A stretch of DNA of 64,000 bases from Alphaproteobacteria bacterium (GTDB lineage: Bacteria > Pseudomonadota > Alphaproteobacteria > UBA828): NCBI GenBank assembly GCA_965221125.1, contig CBDCRW010000005.1, positions 576,001 through 640,000 of the forward strand. Direction: 5' to 3'. The notes below the pieces were generated by a model, which was not told where the DNA came from, ran no database searches, and saw only the letters and a list, made by a program, of their open reading frames with translations. A program made the translations under genes and the position numbers. The first letter of the stretch is position 1; each line of letters opens with the position of its first letter. This document shows, piece by piece, positions 19,831 to 28,942 of this stretch.

Positions 19831-19958
19831 TTCGGCAAAAAAAGTTGCTAGGCGCGCCTCACTTAGCACTGCGCGGCGCGCACGACGGGCGGGCTCTTGG
19901 CGTCGCGCGCGTCCCCGCGAGACTTGCTTCGGCGCACGTTCCGCAAGAGGCTCCGCCC

Positions 19959-20897
19959 ATGCCCGCCGATCAGCCCGCAGCGGAGAAACCCGGCGCCGCC
20001 GCCCGTCCGAGTCTTCTATTGATCGGGATGCTGTTCGTCCTCGGCGTCTCCTTCGCGCTCGCGGTCTCGCTCAACCGCTTCGCGGCCGATGGCGGCGTGC
20101 CCTTCCTCCCTTACGTGTTCTGGCAATCGTTCGGCGGGGGTGCGGCGCTGATGCTGCTGGCTGCCGCGCTTCGCCGTCTGCCGCCGGTGGACTTCCGCCA
20201 CGTCCGCATCTTCCTCTCCACCGGGGCGCTGAACCTCGCCTTCCCCTACATGCTGCTCGCCTACCTCGCGCCCAAGGTGCCGGCGAGCCTGCTGTCGCTG
20301 GGTCTCGCGCTGGTGCCCATCATGGTCTACGTGCTGGCGCTCAGCCTCAGGCTGGATCGCTTCCACTGGCTCCGCTGCAGCGGCATCCTGCTCGGGTTCG
20401 CCGGCATCCTCATCGTGCTGGTCCCGCAGGCGAGCCTGCCGGCGCCCGGCATGGCAGGCTGGGTGGCGCTCGGCCTGGTGCCGTCGCTCTCCTACGCGGT
20501 GAACGCGGTCCTCGTCGCGCGCTGGCGGCCGCAGGAGACGACCTCGCTGCCGCTTGCCGGCGGCCTCATGCTGGCCTCCGGCGGCTACGTGCTCGTCGTG
20601 ATGGCGGCGATGGGGGAGTGGTGGGCCTTCGGCGGCGATTTCGGCATCGGCCACGGGGCGACGATCGGCGCCATGGCCAACAACTGCGTCTCGTTCTACC
20701 TGGTGTTCGAGATCATTCGCCGCGCCGGCCCGGTAATCTTCTCCACCGTCAACTACATCGCCACGCTGTCGGGCATGGGCTTCGGCATGTGGTTCTTCGG
20801 CGATGCGCCCTCGGCCTATATCTGGGGCGCGATCGTCCTGATGTTCGCCGGCCTCTTCCTGGTGACCACGACCGGCCGCAGCGAGAATTCGGGCTAG
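19959..20897 (+). CDS. DMT/EamA family transporter
   Basis: About 10 hydrophobic helices in two repeats; IIRRAGPVIFS; start ATG 19959. Confidence 0.85.
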   Translation: MPADQPAAEKPGAAARPSLLLIGMLFVLGVSFALAVSLNRFAADGGVPFLPYVFWQSFGGGAALMLLAAALRRLPPVDFRHVRIFLSTGALNLAFPYMLLAYLAPKVPASLLSLGLALVPIMVYVLALSLRLDRFHWLRCSGILLGFAGILIVLVPQASLPAPGMAGWVALGLVPSLSYAVNAVLVARWRPQETTSLPLAGGLMLASGGYVLVVMAAMGEWWAFGGDFGIGHGATIGAMANNCVSFYLVFEIIRRAGPVIFSTVNYIATLSGMGFGMWFFGDAPSAYIWGAIVLMFAGLFLVTTTGRSENSG

Positions 20898-20906
20898 CGC
20901 CGAACT

Positions 20907-21398
20907 CTACTGAGCGACATCCCCGCTCGACGAGGACTCGCCGCCTTCGCCGGCGCCGGCGTCGCCTTCCGCCGCCCCGGCCCGGCGCCGCTTCTGGCCG
21001 AGGCCGATCTGCTTCGCGAACTCCGAGCGCCTGCGCGCGTAGTTGGGTGCCACCATCGGGTAATCGGGGTCGAGCCCCCACTTCGCCCGGTATTCGTCCG
21101 GGGTCATGTTGTAGGTCGTGCGCAGGTGCCGCTTCAGCATCTTCAGCTCGCGGCCGTCTTCGAGGCAGACCAGGTAGTCCGGCGTGATCGACTTCTTGAC
21201 CGGGACGGCGGGCTTCGGCGCCGCGGAGACGGCGGTCTCGCTGGCCTGTGCCTGGCGCAGGGACGCATGAACCGTACGAATGACATCGGCGAGGTCAGTC
21301 GGCGCCACTGTATTATTGCCCACATAGGCGGTCACGACGTCTGCAGTCATGCGTAACAGGGCGTCGTTCGAGCCGGGGTTTTCTGTCTCGTCGCTCAT
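20907..21398 (-). CDS. mucR: MucR/Ros family zinc-finger regulator
   Basis: PAVPVKKSITPDYLVCLEDG..LKMLKRHL..YNMTPDEYRAKWGL..DYPMVAPNY. Confidence 0.93.
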   Translation of the reverse strand: MSDETENPGSNDALLRMTADVVTAYVGNNTVAPTDLADVIRTVHASLRQAQASETAVSAAPKPAVPVKKSITPDYLVCLEDGRELKMLKRHLRTTYNMTPDEYRAKWGLDPDYPMVAPNYARRRSEFAKQIGLGQKRRRAGAAEGDAGAGEGGESSSSGDVAQ

Positions 21399-21554
21399 TT
21401 CACTGTCTTTATCATATGTGACCGGATATTCGTCACGAGTATATTGATGATATGCTTGCGTTGTCAAATGCGATTCTTCAACTCTAGTCTGCGTTGCTAT
21501 AAGACGAAGACCGCGCCGAGCCAGTCAACGACCCGCTGCACCGGAGATTTCGCC

Positions 21555-22958
21555 ATGATTCAAACGCCCGCGACGCGCGACGCCCCTGCCTTCGAGGCGC
21601 TCTATGCGCTGGTGAGCGAGAACCTCGACCCGGGCGCCGGCGACATCCCGGTGGACCGGCTCATGCAGGTCTTCCGCTGCCTCTCCGACCTCTACGACGC
21701 CGATGTCAGCAGCCCGCTCAACATGGGCTACTTCTGCATCGACGCGGACGCGGCCTCGCTCGCCGCCATGGACGAGACCAACCGGCGCGGCGCGAACGTG
21801 GCGGTCCGGGGGCAGCATCCGGCCTCCGCCGCCTTCGAGCAGTACGGCGTCGACCTGCTTCTCGAGGCCTTCGGCATCGACCCTGCGGGCGGGGCCGGCC
21901 ACTTCACGGCCTGCGGCACCGAGGCGAACCACACCGCCATGATCGTCGCCCTGACCGATCGGCTCTCGCACCGCAATCCGCGCTGCCGCGCCTACGATCC
22001 GGCGCTGTGTACCGACGAGGCCGGGCGCGAGGAGCCCTTCGAGTACTGGCGCCACGGCGCGCTGCCGCTCCGGGTGCGGCCTGCGCTCTACGTCTCGCCC
22101 CAGACCCACGTCTCGATCGAGAAGAACGCGCGCAACCTGATCGGCACCGCGTCGATCCGCACCGTGCCGGTCGACGGCGCGCTGCGCATGGACGTGGGCG
22201 CGCTCGCCGAGATGATGGCGGCCGACGCGGCCTCGGGCGCCTTCCTGCCCTTCCTCGTCATCGGCTCGGTCGGCGCGACGCCGTCGGGCATCGTCGATCC
22301 GCTGGCCGAGATCGGCGCTGTCTGCCGCGAGCAGGGCGCATGGTTCCACGTGGACGCACCGTGGGGCGCCATCGCGGCGTTCTCGCCCCGCCTGCGCGAG
22401 GCCTGCCTCGCCGGCCTGGAGGCCGCGGACTCCCTCATCTTCGACCCGCACAAGACCCTGGTGCCGCTGGGGGCGGGCGGATGCGGCATGTTTCTCTGCC
22501 GCCACCGCGCGGCGGTGGAGCGCGCGTTCAACGTCTCCGGCGGCGACGTGAAGCCGCACGAGTTCGCCTATCTCTCGCTCCAGGGCTCGCGCGCCAACAG
22601 CGGGCTCCGCGTGCTGACGTCCATTCTCCAGCCGGACGCGCTGGCGCAGCGGATCGAGCGGGAGGCCGCGCTGGGCGACACGCTTCGCCGCCTTCTCGGC
22701 GATGCGGGCTGGGAGATCGTGAACCGGACGCCGCTGCCGGTCGTCTGCGCCGTTCACCCGGCGATGCGGGCGGGCGCGTTCACCGCCGCCGAGGCGGTCT
22801 GGCACCTGCGGACAGAAGGCGTGCTGGCTTGGGCGGAGGCGCTCAGGCCGGGCGAGCCGGAGGCCGTCCGCCTCGGCATCATCAGCCGCCGGACGACCGA
22901 GGAGTCGGTGCGCTTCGTCGTGGAGCGGCTCTCGGCCTTCGCCGCAGAGCGGACTTAA
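21555..22958 (+). CDS. Group II PLP-dependent decarboxylase
   Basis: GTEAN, THVSIEK, GATPSGIVDPL, WFHVDAPWG, ADSLIFDPHK. Confidence 0.85.
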   Translation: MIQTPATRDAPAFEALYALVSENLDPGAGDIPVDRLMQVFRCLSDLYDADVSSPLNMGYFCIDADAASLAAMDETNRRGANVAVRGQHPASAAFEQYGVDLLLEAFGIDPAGGAGHFTACGTEANHTAMIVALTDRLSHRNPRCRAYDPALCTDEAGREEPFEYWRHGALPLRVRPALYVSPQTHVSIEKNARNLIGTASIRTVPVDGALRMDVGALAEMMAADAASGAFLPFLVIGSVGATPSGIVDPLAEIGAVCREQGAWFHVDAPWGAIAAFSPRLREACLAGLEAADSLIFDPHKTLVPLGAGGCGMFLCRHRAAVERAFNVSGGDVKPHEFAYLSLQGSRANSGLRVLTSILQPDALAQRIEREAALGDTLRRLLGDAGWEIVNRTPLPVVCAVHPAMRAGAFTAAEAVWHLRTEGVLAWAEALRPGEPEAVRLGIISRRTTEESVRFVVERLSAFAAERT

Positions 22959-23374
22959 CCCTTTCCGGGCCGCCAGCCGGGCGGAGCCAGCTCGAAGCCC
23001 GCGAACGCGAAGGCCGGCGCCACCGTGCAGCCGACCAGCGTCCAGTCGCCTTCCGAACGCGCGCTCTGCCAGGCGCGCACGGGAACCGTGACCTGCGGCC
23101 ATGCGCCGTCGCCCACTCCCAGGCGATGACTCGCCGTCGCCACGCCGTCGAGCGAGAGCTCGAGCCTGAGCGCGGCGCCGGCATGGTAGTGCCAGATCTC
23201 CACCGCATCGATCCGGTGCCAGTGGGAGACCTCGCCCGCCCGCAACAGGTAGTAGATGGAGGTCACCGCGCCGCGTCCGCCGCCTTCGGGCAGGGCACGA
23301 TATGTCTCGCGGTAGTGACCGCCCTCCGGGTGCGGGACCAGTCCGTAGCGGGCGATGATCTCGTCGGCGTTCAT
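22955..23374 (-). CDS. Cupin_5 (DUF985) protein
   Basis: PHPEGGHYRETY, TSIYYLL, SHWHRI, LVGCTVAPAF. Confidence 0.9.
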   Translation of the reverse strand: MNADEIIARYGLVPHPEGGHYRETYRALPEGGGRGAVTSIYYLLRAGEVSHWHRIDAVEIWHYHAGAALRLELSLDGVATASHRLGVGDGAWPQVTVPVRAWQSARSEGDWTLVGCTVAPAFAFAGFELAPPGWRPGKG

Positions 23375-23489
23375 CGGCGCTCTCCCTCCGGCGGACGGTG
23401 ACGGCACTGCGCGGAAACCGCCTCGGCAGGGCGGCCGGCGTGCCGCTTCGGAAGCATGGCAGCGCCCTCTTCTGTACTATACTGGGCGC

Positions 23490-24752
23490 ATGATGGAATG
23501 CTCTTTCGGCATGGCTCGATCGAGGTGGGCGGCGAGGCCGGTGCGGACCGTGCGACACCGGGTGGGCGCGCGCGTTTTCGCGGCGGCGGCGGGGCTGGCG
23601 GCGCTGACGATGTGGTCGAGCGCCGGGGCGGCGGAGACGCTCATCGAGGGCTTCTCCTTCGGCTGCGAGACCGCCGACGGCACGATCGTCAAGCCCCGCC
23701 ACGGCGACATCGAGGGCATGTCCTACCCGGACCTTCCGGCTCAGCGCGCCCAGTGCCTCGGCACCATCGATCGCAAGATCGCGCTCTGCTGGGAGAACAC
23801 GGAGTTCGCGACCGGGGCCGACAACCAGGAGTACGCCGCCTGTCTCTCGGTCTTCCAGGATCAGGCGCGCGCGTGCGTCGGGCACTTCTCGTTCGAGCGA
23901 TCGAAGTGCGGCGCCGAGGGTCCCGATTCCGACGCGGTCCAGGCGGGCGAGCAGGACGGCCAGCCGGCGCTGGAGGGCCCGCCGAGAGACCGTTACCGCG
24001 TGAAACCGCTCGTGCGGCTGATGACGGTGAGAGAGGCGGCCAATGTCAGGACCGGCCCCGGCCCCGACTACGACATCGTGGGCACGGTCATGGTCGGCGA
24101 CGAGGTGCGCGTGACCGGCGAAGTGCGCGGCCGGGACTGGGTGCGGGTGGTGTACCCCGGCACCGGCGAGCCCGCCTTCATATACGCGCCGCTCCTGCAT
24201 GGGGCGCGGGAGCCAGCGCCGCAGCCGGCACCGGATGCGGCGACTGCGGCGCCTGCGGAAACCGCGGTGCCGGCGCAGACGGCATCGCCTCTCGAGCCTT
24301 CCGGCCCGAGCTGGTCGGTCGCCGAGAACACCCCTTGCCTCGTGTGGAACTACGGCAACAGGGACTACGAGCCGTTCACCTGGTCGGGTGCCTGCGTGGA
24401 CGACAAGGCCTCCGGCGAAGGGCGCCTGGTCTTCCGCGGCGGCGAGGGGGTCTACGAAGGCCCCATGCAGGCCGGCAAGATGCACGGACGCGGCGTCTTC
24501 GAATGGACCAACGGCTTCCGCTACGAAGGCGAGCTTCGCGAGGGCAAGCAGCACGGGCACGGGGTCTACGTCGGCACCAGCGGCGAGCGCTACGAGGGCG
24601 AGTGGCGCGAGGGCAGGCCGCACGGGCAGGGCACCTACATCGAAGCCGACGGCACCGTCTATGAAGGCGCGTGGCGCGACGGCTGCTTTGGAGACCGCGA
24701 CAGCCGCTGGGCCTCGATCGGAACCTCGGCGGCGGCCTGCGGCTTCGAATAG
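23490..24752 (+). CDS. Exported protein: Cys-rich N-terminal domain, bacterial SH3 and MORN repeats
   Basis: Signal-like AAAAGLAALTMWSSAGAA; ANVRTGPGPDYDIVG (SH3b); four YEG.(W/L/M)..G..HG.G-type MORN units; start uncertain (23490/23511). Confidence 0.8.
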   Translation: MMECSFGMARSRWAARPVRTVRHRVGARVFAAAAGLAALTMWSSAGAAETLIEGFSFGCETADGTIVKPRHGDIEGMSYPDLPAQRAQCLGTIDRKIALCWENTEFATGADNQEYAACLSVFQDQARACVGHFSFERSKCGAEGPDSDAVQAGEQDGQPALEGPPRDRYRVKPLVRLMTVREAANVRTGPGPDYDIVGTVMVGDEVRVTGEVRGRDWVRVVYPGTGEPAFIYAPLLHGAREPAPQPAPDAATAAPAETAVPAQTASPLEPSGPSWSVAENTPCLVWNYGNRDYEPFTWSGACVDDKASGEGRLVFRGGEGVYEGPMQAGKMHGRGVFEWTNGFRYEGELREGKQHGHGVYVGTSGERYEGEWREGRPHGQGTYIEADGTVYEGAWRDGCFGDRDSRWASIGTSAAACGFE

Positions 24753-24782
24753 CGCGCGTCCGATTGTGACGGACACACCCTA
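24750..24782. repeat. Short palindromic element bridging two convergent TAG stops
   Basis: TAGCGCGCGTCCGATTGTGACGGACACACCCTA; same GCGCGTCCG-N7-CGGAC core as 7284-7308. Confidence 0.6.
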
Positions 24783-25592
24783 AATCAGGACACCCCCGTC
24801 CACGTTGATGGCCTGCCCGGTGACGTGTGGGGCCTCCACCAGGTAGAGGGCGAGCGCGGCCATGTCGTCGGCGGTCTGCGGCACGCCTTGCGGAATGAAG
24901 CCCTCGACGATGCGCGAGAAGGCCTGATCGGGCGTCTCCCCCGGCTCCAGCTGGGCCTCGGTGAGATGCGTCCACATCTGCGTTCCCACGATGCCCGGGC
25001 AGATGCAGTTCACCGTGATGTCCTCGCGCGCGACCTCCTTGGCGAGCGCATTGGTGAACCCGACCACGGCAAATTTCGACGCGCAGTAGTGCGTGATGTT
25101 CTTGTAGCCGTTCCGGCCCGCGATCGACGCGATGTTGATGATCCGCCCGCCTCCGCCTTGCGCGCGCATGCGGATGACCGCCGCCTTGTTCACCAGGAAG
25201 GTCCCCCTGGCGTTCACGTCCATGGTGTAGTCCCACTCGGCTTCGCTGATATCGGCGATGGCGTGGGTGACGATGACCCCGGCGGCGTTGACCACGACGT
25301 CGACCCGGCCGAAGCGTTCGACCGTCTGCGCGAACATGGCGTCGACCTGGGCCCCGTCGGCGACATCCGCCTCGATGGCGACGGCATCGCCGCCGATCTC
25401 GGCCGCCACGGCCTCAGCCGCGCTGTAGCCGCCGATGTGGGTCTTCTCGTACTGGTTGCCGGCGCTCGGCGCATGCTCCAGCCCCGCGAGCGCGACCTTC
25501 ATCCCCTCCTCGGTGAAGCGGAGCGCGATGCCCTTGCCGATGCCGGTCCCGCCGCCGGTGACGAGCGCGACCTTGCCCGCTGCGTCCGTCAT
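24780..25592 (-). CDS. SDR family oxidoreductase (acetoin reductase-like)
   Basis: TGGGTGIG, NAAG, YCASKF, VNCICPGIVGT. Confidence 0.88.
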   Translation of the reverse strand: MTDAAGKVALVTGGGTGIGKGIALRFTEEGMKVALAGLEHAPSAGNQYEKTHIGGYSAAEAVAAEIGGDAVAIEADVADGAQVDAMFAQTVERFGRVDVVVNAAGVIVTHAIADISEAEWDYTMDVNARGTFLVNKAAVIRMRAQGGGGRIINIASIAGRNGYKNITHYCASKFAVVGFTNALAKEVAREDITVNCICPGIVGTQMWTHLTEAQLEPGETPDQAFSRIVEGFIPQGVPQTADDMAALALYLVEAPHVTGQAINVDGGVLI

Positions 25593-25693
25593 GTCCGTCC
25601 CACTCCCTCGTCAAGCTCTTCACGCACCGCTGCGTCGCGGTGGCCGTGAACGTGTGGCTTCGCGCGCCTGGAGTCCAGGCCTATGATCGTCCC

Positions 25694-26992
25694 GTGCAAA
25701 CGCTCTGCCGCGACTGCGGCCACCGGCCGCTCGGCCCCGCCGGCAGCTGCCCGGCCTGCGGGTCTGCGCGCGTACTCAGCCACGCGGAGCTGCACGACCT
25801 CGCCATCGCCCACCTCGACTGCGACGCCTTCTACGCCGCGATCGAGAAGCGCGACCGCCCGGCGTTGCGCGAGCGCCCCGTGATCGTCGGCGGCCGCCAC
25901 CGGGGCGTGGTCGCCGCCTGCTGCTACATCGCCCGCACCTACGGCGTCCGCTCCGCCATGCCCATGTTCAAGGCGTTGCGCGCCTGCCCCGATGCCGAGG
26001 TCATCAAGCCCGACATGAGGAAGTACGCGGCGGTCGGCCGCGAGGTCCGCGCCATGATGCTGGACTGCACGCCGCTGGTGGAGCCGCTCTCCATCGACGA
26101 GGCGTTCATGGACCTCTCCGGCACCCAGTCCCTGCACCGCGCGAGCGCGGCGGAGACGCTGGCGGCCCTCGCGCGCCGCGTGGAGGATGCGCTCTCCATC
26201 ACCGTCTCCGTCGGCCTCAGCTACAACAAGTTCCTGGCCAAGATCGCCTCCGACCTCGACAAGCCGCGCGGCTTCGCGGTGATCGGCCGGGCCGAGGCCC
26301 GCGCCTTCCTCGCCGACAAGCCGGTGGGGCTGCTGTGGGGCGTGGGCGCGGCGATGCAGCGGCGCCTCGCGCGGGACGGCATCACGCGCATCGGTGAGCT
26401 TGCCTGCCTCGACGAAGCCACGCTCGTTGCCCGCTACGGCAAGATCGGCAAGCGGCTCGCCATGTGCGCGCGCGGCGAGGATGATCGCCCGGTCAACCCC
26501 GAACGCGAGACCAAGAGCATCTCCTCGGAGATCACGCTCGACGAGGACATCACCGATCCGGCAGCGCTGCGCTCGATCCTCTGGCGCCTCACCGAGACGG
26601 TGGCCCGGCGCCTGAAGAAGGCCGGGCTCGCCGGCGGCGGCGTCACGCTCAAGCTCAAGACCGCCGACTTCCGCATCGTCACCCGCGCGCGGCGGCTCGG
26701 CGCCGTGACCCAGTCGGCGGACGAGATGTTCCGCGCGGCCGAGGCGCTGCTCGCCCGCGAGTGCGACGGCCGCGCCTTCCGCCTCATCGGCATCGGCGCC
26801 CACGCCCTCGCTCCGGCCGGGGACGCGGCCGAGGCCTCCCAGGGCGACCTCTTCGCCGATCCCGCGCCTGCCGAGGACAAGGTCGACAAGGCATTGGATG
26901 CCGTGCGCGACAAGTTCGGCGAGGACGCCATCGTCAGGGGCCGCGGCTTCGGCACGAAGCTCGTCCGCCAGGGCCCCTCCAAGGTGGAGTAG
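25694..26992 (+). CDS. dinB: DNA polymerase IV with N-terminal Cys4 knuckle
   Basis: LCRDC..CPACGS, HLDCDAFYAAIE, YIARTYGVRSAMP, SIDEAF, KFLAKIASD. Confidence 0.95.
   Translation: MQTLCRDCGHRPLGPAGSCPACGSARVLSHAELHDLAIAHLDCDAFYAAIEKRDRPALRERPVIVGGRHRGVVAACCYIARTYGVRSAMPMFKALRACPDAEVIKPDMRKYAAVGREVRAMMLDCTPLVEPLSIDEAFMDLSGTQSLHRASAAETLAALARRVEDALSITVSVGLSYNKFLAKIASDLDKPRGFAVIGRAEARAFLADKPVGLLWGVGAAMQRRLARDGITRIGELACLDEATLVARYGKIGKRLAMCARGEDDRPVNPERETKSISSEITLDEDITDPAALRSILWRLTETVARRLKKAGLAGGGVTLKLKTADFRIVTRARRLGAVTQSADEMFRAAEALLARECDGRAFRLIGIGAHALAPAGDAAEASQGDLFADPAPAEDKVDKALDAVRDKFGEDAIVRGRGFGTKLVRQGPSKVE
26966..26992 (+). repeat. Left direct repeat (att-like; last 27 nt of dinB)
   Basis: CGCCAGGGCCCCTCCAAGGTGGAGTAG. 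Confidence 0.9.
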
Positions 26993-27064
26993 ACTCGGCG
27001 ATTTCCGTGTGCAATTTCGCAAGTGCGAACCCTCGCCAATCTCAACACTTTGATCGCAAAGCGG

Positions 27065-27106
27065 AAAAAGAAAAGAGGGGACTTCCGGCTGGTGCTGGAA
27101 GTCCCC
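27065..27106 (-). terminator. Intrinsic terminator downstream of the islet HTH gene
   Basis: GGGGACTTCC/GGAAGTCCCC stem (27077-27106) followed on the minus strand by TCTTTTCTTTTT. Confidence 0.75.
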
Positions 27107-27213
27107 ATATGAGGCCCAATGACCCTGGAAACATCTCCCCGAGATGATCGCTTGTCGACGAACAGCCGGGGCTGTGATCTTGGCGTACAGGGCCCTCAGA
27201 CTAGGGTGAAGCC

Positions 27214-27720
27214 CTAATCTGGAGCCTCAACAGGTCGCCTGCGAAGGCCGGGTCGGGTCACTTCGCGGCGGCGTTTCTTGTTTTCCTCCTCGACTTCGCG
27301 AAATTCGGGCTCTAGCTCCGCCAGACGTGCTACGAGCCCACTGAGGTCGTATTCGTTGCTGAGTTTGCCCCGGTGGGGGGCCGTGCGCTCTATACGCTTG
27401 ACGTAACCCATTTCCTCAAGCTCGGCGATGTAGCGTTGCACCTGTCGAGCGCTCAGGTTCAGGCGCTCGCCAAGCGTCTGCTTCTTGGGCCACGGTCTGC
27501 GCTCTGCATCCCACCAATAGTCGGCGAGGTGCATCACAACCGCTAACTGCGTCGGGCTCAGTTTCAATCTGGCCTGAGCTCGAAGCAGTAAGGAGGGCAC
27601 AATGCAAAAGCCTAGCTTCATAACGGCTTTGCCCCACTTTCTCTCGGAAGCTTTGGCGGCACTCCGAGGGCGCAGGGCTATGATCTTGGCGGAATCGCGT
27701 GTCATATTGAGTTTTCCCAT
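27214..27720 (-). CDS. Helix-turn-helix protein (HTH_36/replication-initiator-like)
   Basis: WPKKQTLGERLNLSARQVQRYIAELEEMGYVKR..SNEYDL; start uncertain (27705, 27720 or 27804). Confidence 0.75.
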   Translation of the reverse strand: MGKLNMTRDSAKIIALRPRSAAKASERKWGKAVMKLGFCIVPSLLLRAQARLKLSPTQLAVVMHLADYWWDAERRPWPKKQTLGERLNLSARQVQRYIAELEEMGYVKRIERTAPHRGKLSNEYDLSGLVARLAELEPEFREVEEENKKRRREVTRPGLRRRPVEAPD

Positions 27721-27932
27721 GTCGACGCGTGCTTCCCAGCGAAGATATAGCTCTAAATCAGGTATTTCAATGGACATCAATGAGACATACATGTCGCGTG
27801 CCACAGGACAGTAGTGACCAGTGCCTGGAGTTGGCCATGTCTTGTGAATAAGGACTGCCTAATGTCCATACCAAGCTATACTTACGAACGAGGACCAGAT
27901 GCGTGCGGTCACTCATGTCCTGTCGGCTGAAG

Positions 27933-27959
27933 CGCCAAGGCCCCTCCAAGGTGGAGTAG
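27933..27959 (+). repeat. Right direct repeat (att-like; duplicate of the dinB 3' end)
   Basis: CGCCAAGGCCCCTCCAAGGTGGAGTAG; last 21 nt identical to 26972-26992. Confidence 0.9.
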
Positions 27960-27979
27960 GCCCGGCCGGAAACCGACTC

Positions 27980-28867
27980 TTACCGCCGCATCCCGACGGC
28001 AGCCTGCCCGCCGATGCTGCCGAGGATGATGAGCCCGCCGACGAGAGTGAGCACGCTCGGCACTTCGCCGAAGGCGAGCCATACCCAGATCGAGGCGAAC
28101 ACCACCTCGGTCAGCGACAGCACAAGCAGCTCGGCCGCCGGCACGTTCCTGGCGCCGATGGTCAGCATGAAGATGCCGGCGCCGATCACCAGCACGCCGT
28201 ACATCGCAGCCAGGCCCACATCGACGATGGGTGCTGCGAGCCCGGTGCCGTCGGCTGCCGCCATCACGGCGCTGAATGCGGCGGTGATCGCGGCGCCGAT
28301 CAGGATCGTCGGCGACATGTCCGTGTGGCGGCCGCGCCGGATCGCGACCGAGAAGCCCGCGAAGCCCACCGCCGAGGCGAGCGCCGCGAGGTCGCCCAGC
28401 AGGTCGGACTCGGCCAGCCCCTCGCCGATCATGATGGCGACACCCGCGATCACGCCGAACATGGCGAACCACATGGAGCGCGCCACCCGCTCGCGCAGCA
28501 CCATCCAGCCGAGGAAGGCCGCGACCAGCGGCGCCGCGCTGATGAGGAAGAGCGCGTTCGCCACCGTGGAGTGCATGACCCCCCACACGTAGCCGGTGAA
28601 CGCCACCGCGAGACCGAGGCCGCCCACCAGCCCGTTCGCGCCCGCGCTCCGCACCATCTCCAGCACCGGGCGGCGGGTGATGAGGAAGTAGAGCAGGATC
28701 ATCGCCGCCGCGCCGAGGGAGCGGTAGAACAGGAACTGCCACGGCGTGCTCTCGTCGGCGAGCCGGATGATCGGCCCGCCGAGGCTCATGCAGAGCCCGG
28801 CCGAGAGCACCCAGAGCCGGCCCGTGATGCGGCCGCGGTCGGGCCCGGAACCCGGGATCGTGGTCAA
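27980..28867 (-). CDS. DMT/EamA family transporter
   Basis: About 10 TM helices; STVANAL, VLRERV, AFGEVPS. Confidence 0.88.
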   Translation of the reverse strand: MTTIPGSGPDRGRITGRLWVLSAGLCMSLGGPIIRLADESTPWQFLFYRSLGAAAMILLYFLITRRPVLEMVRSAGANGLVGGLGLAVAFTGYVWGVMHSTVANALFLISAAPLVAAFLGWMVLRERVARSMWFAMFGVIAGVAIMIGEGLAESDLLGDLAALASAVGFAGFSVAIRRGRHTDMSPTILIGAAITAAFSAVMAAADGTGLAAPIVDVGLAAMYGVLVIGAGIFMLTIGARNVPAAELLVLSLTEVVFASIWVWLAFGEVPSVLTLVGGLIILGSIGGQAAVGMRR

Positions 28868-28942
28868 GAGGCCTCCCCACGGTCTGCGAGAGCGGCCGGG
28901 ACGCGCCGGGGCGCCCGCCGGAAGCGCGCAAGCATGCCCGCA

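Larger units (their letters stand above)
26993..27959. mobile_element. 967-bp lower-GC islet integrated at the dinB 3' end, no integrase
   Basis: Bounded by 26/27-identical direct repeats; abrupt GC drop; single HTH gene. Confidence 0.8.

Noticed and set aside
21525-24776. Very long ORFs such as 21525-24776, 27909-31205, 39556-43068, 60475-63330 and 60588-63332
   Set aside because: Arg/Gly/Ala/Pro-rich shadow or antisense frames of well-supported genes, expected at about 70% GC; no domain motifs
27109-27147. 12-codon ORF MRPNDPGNISPR inside the dinB islet
   Set aside because: Too short to support; overlaps the 3' UTR region of the opposite-strand HTH gene
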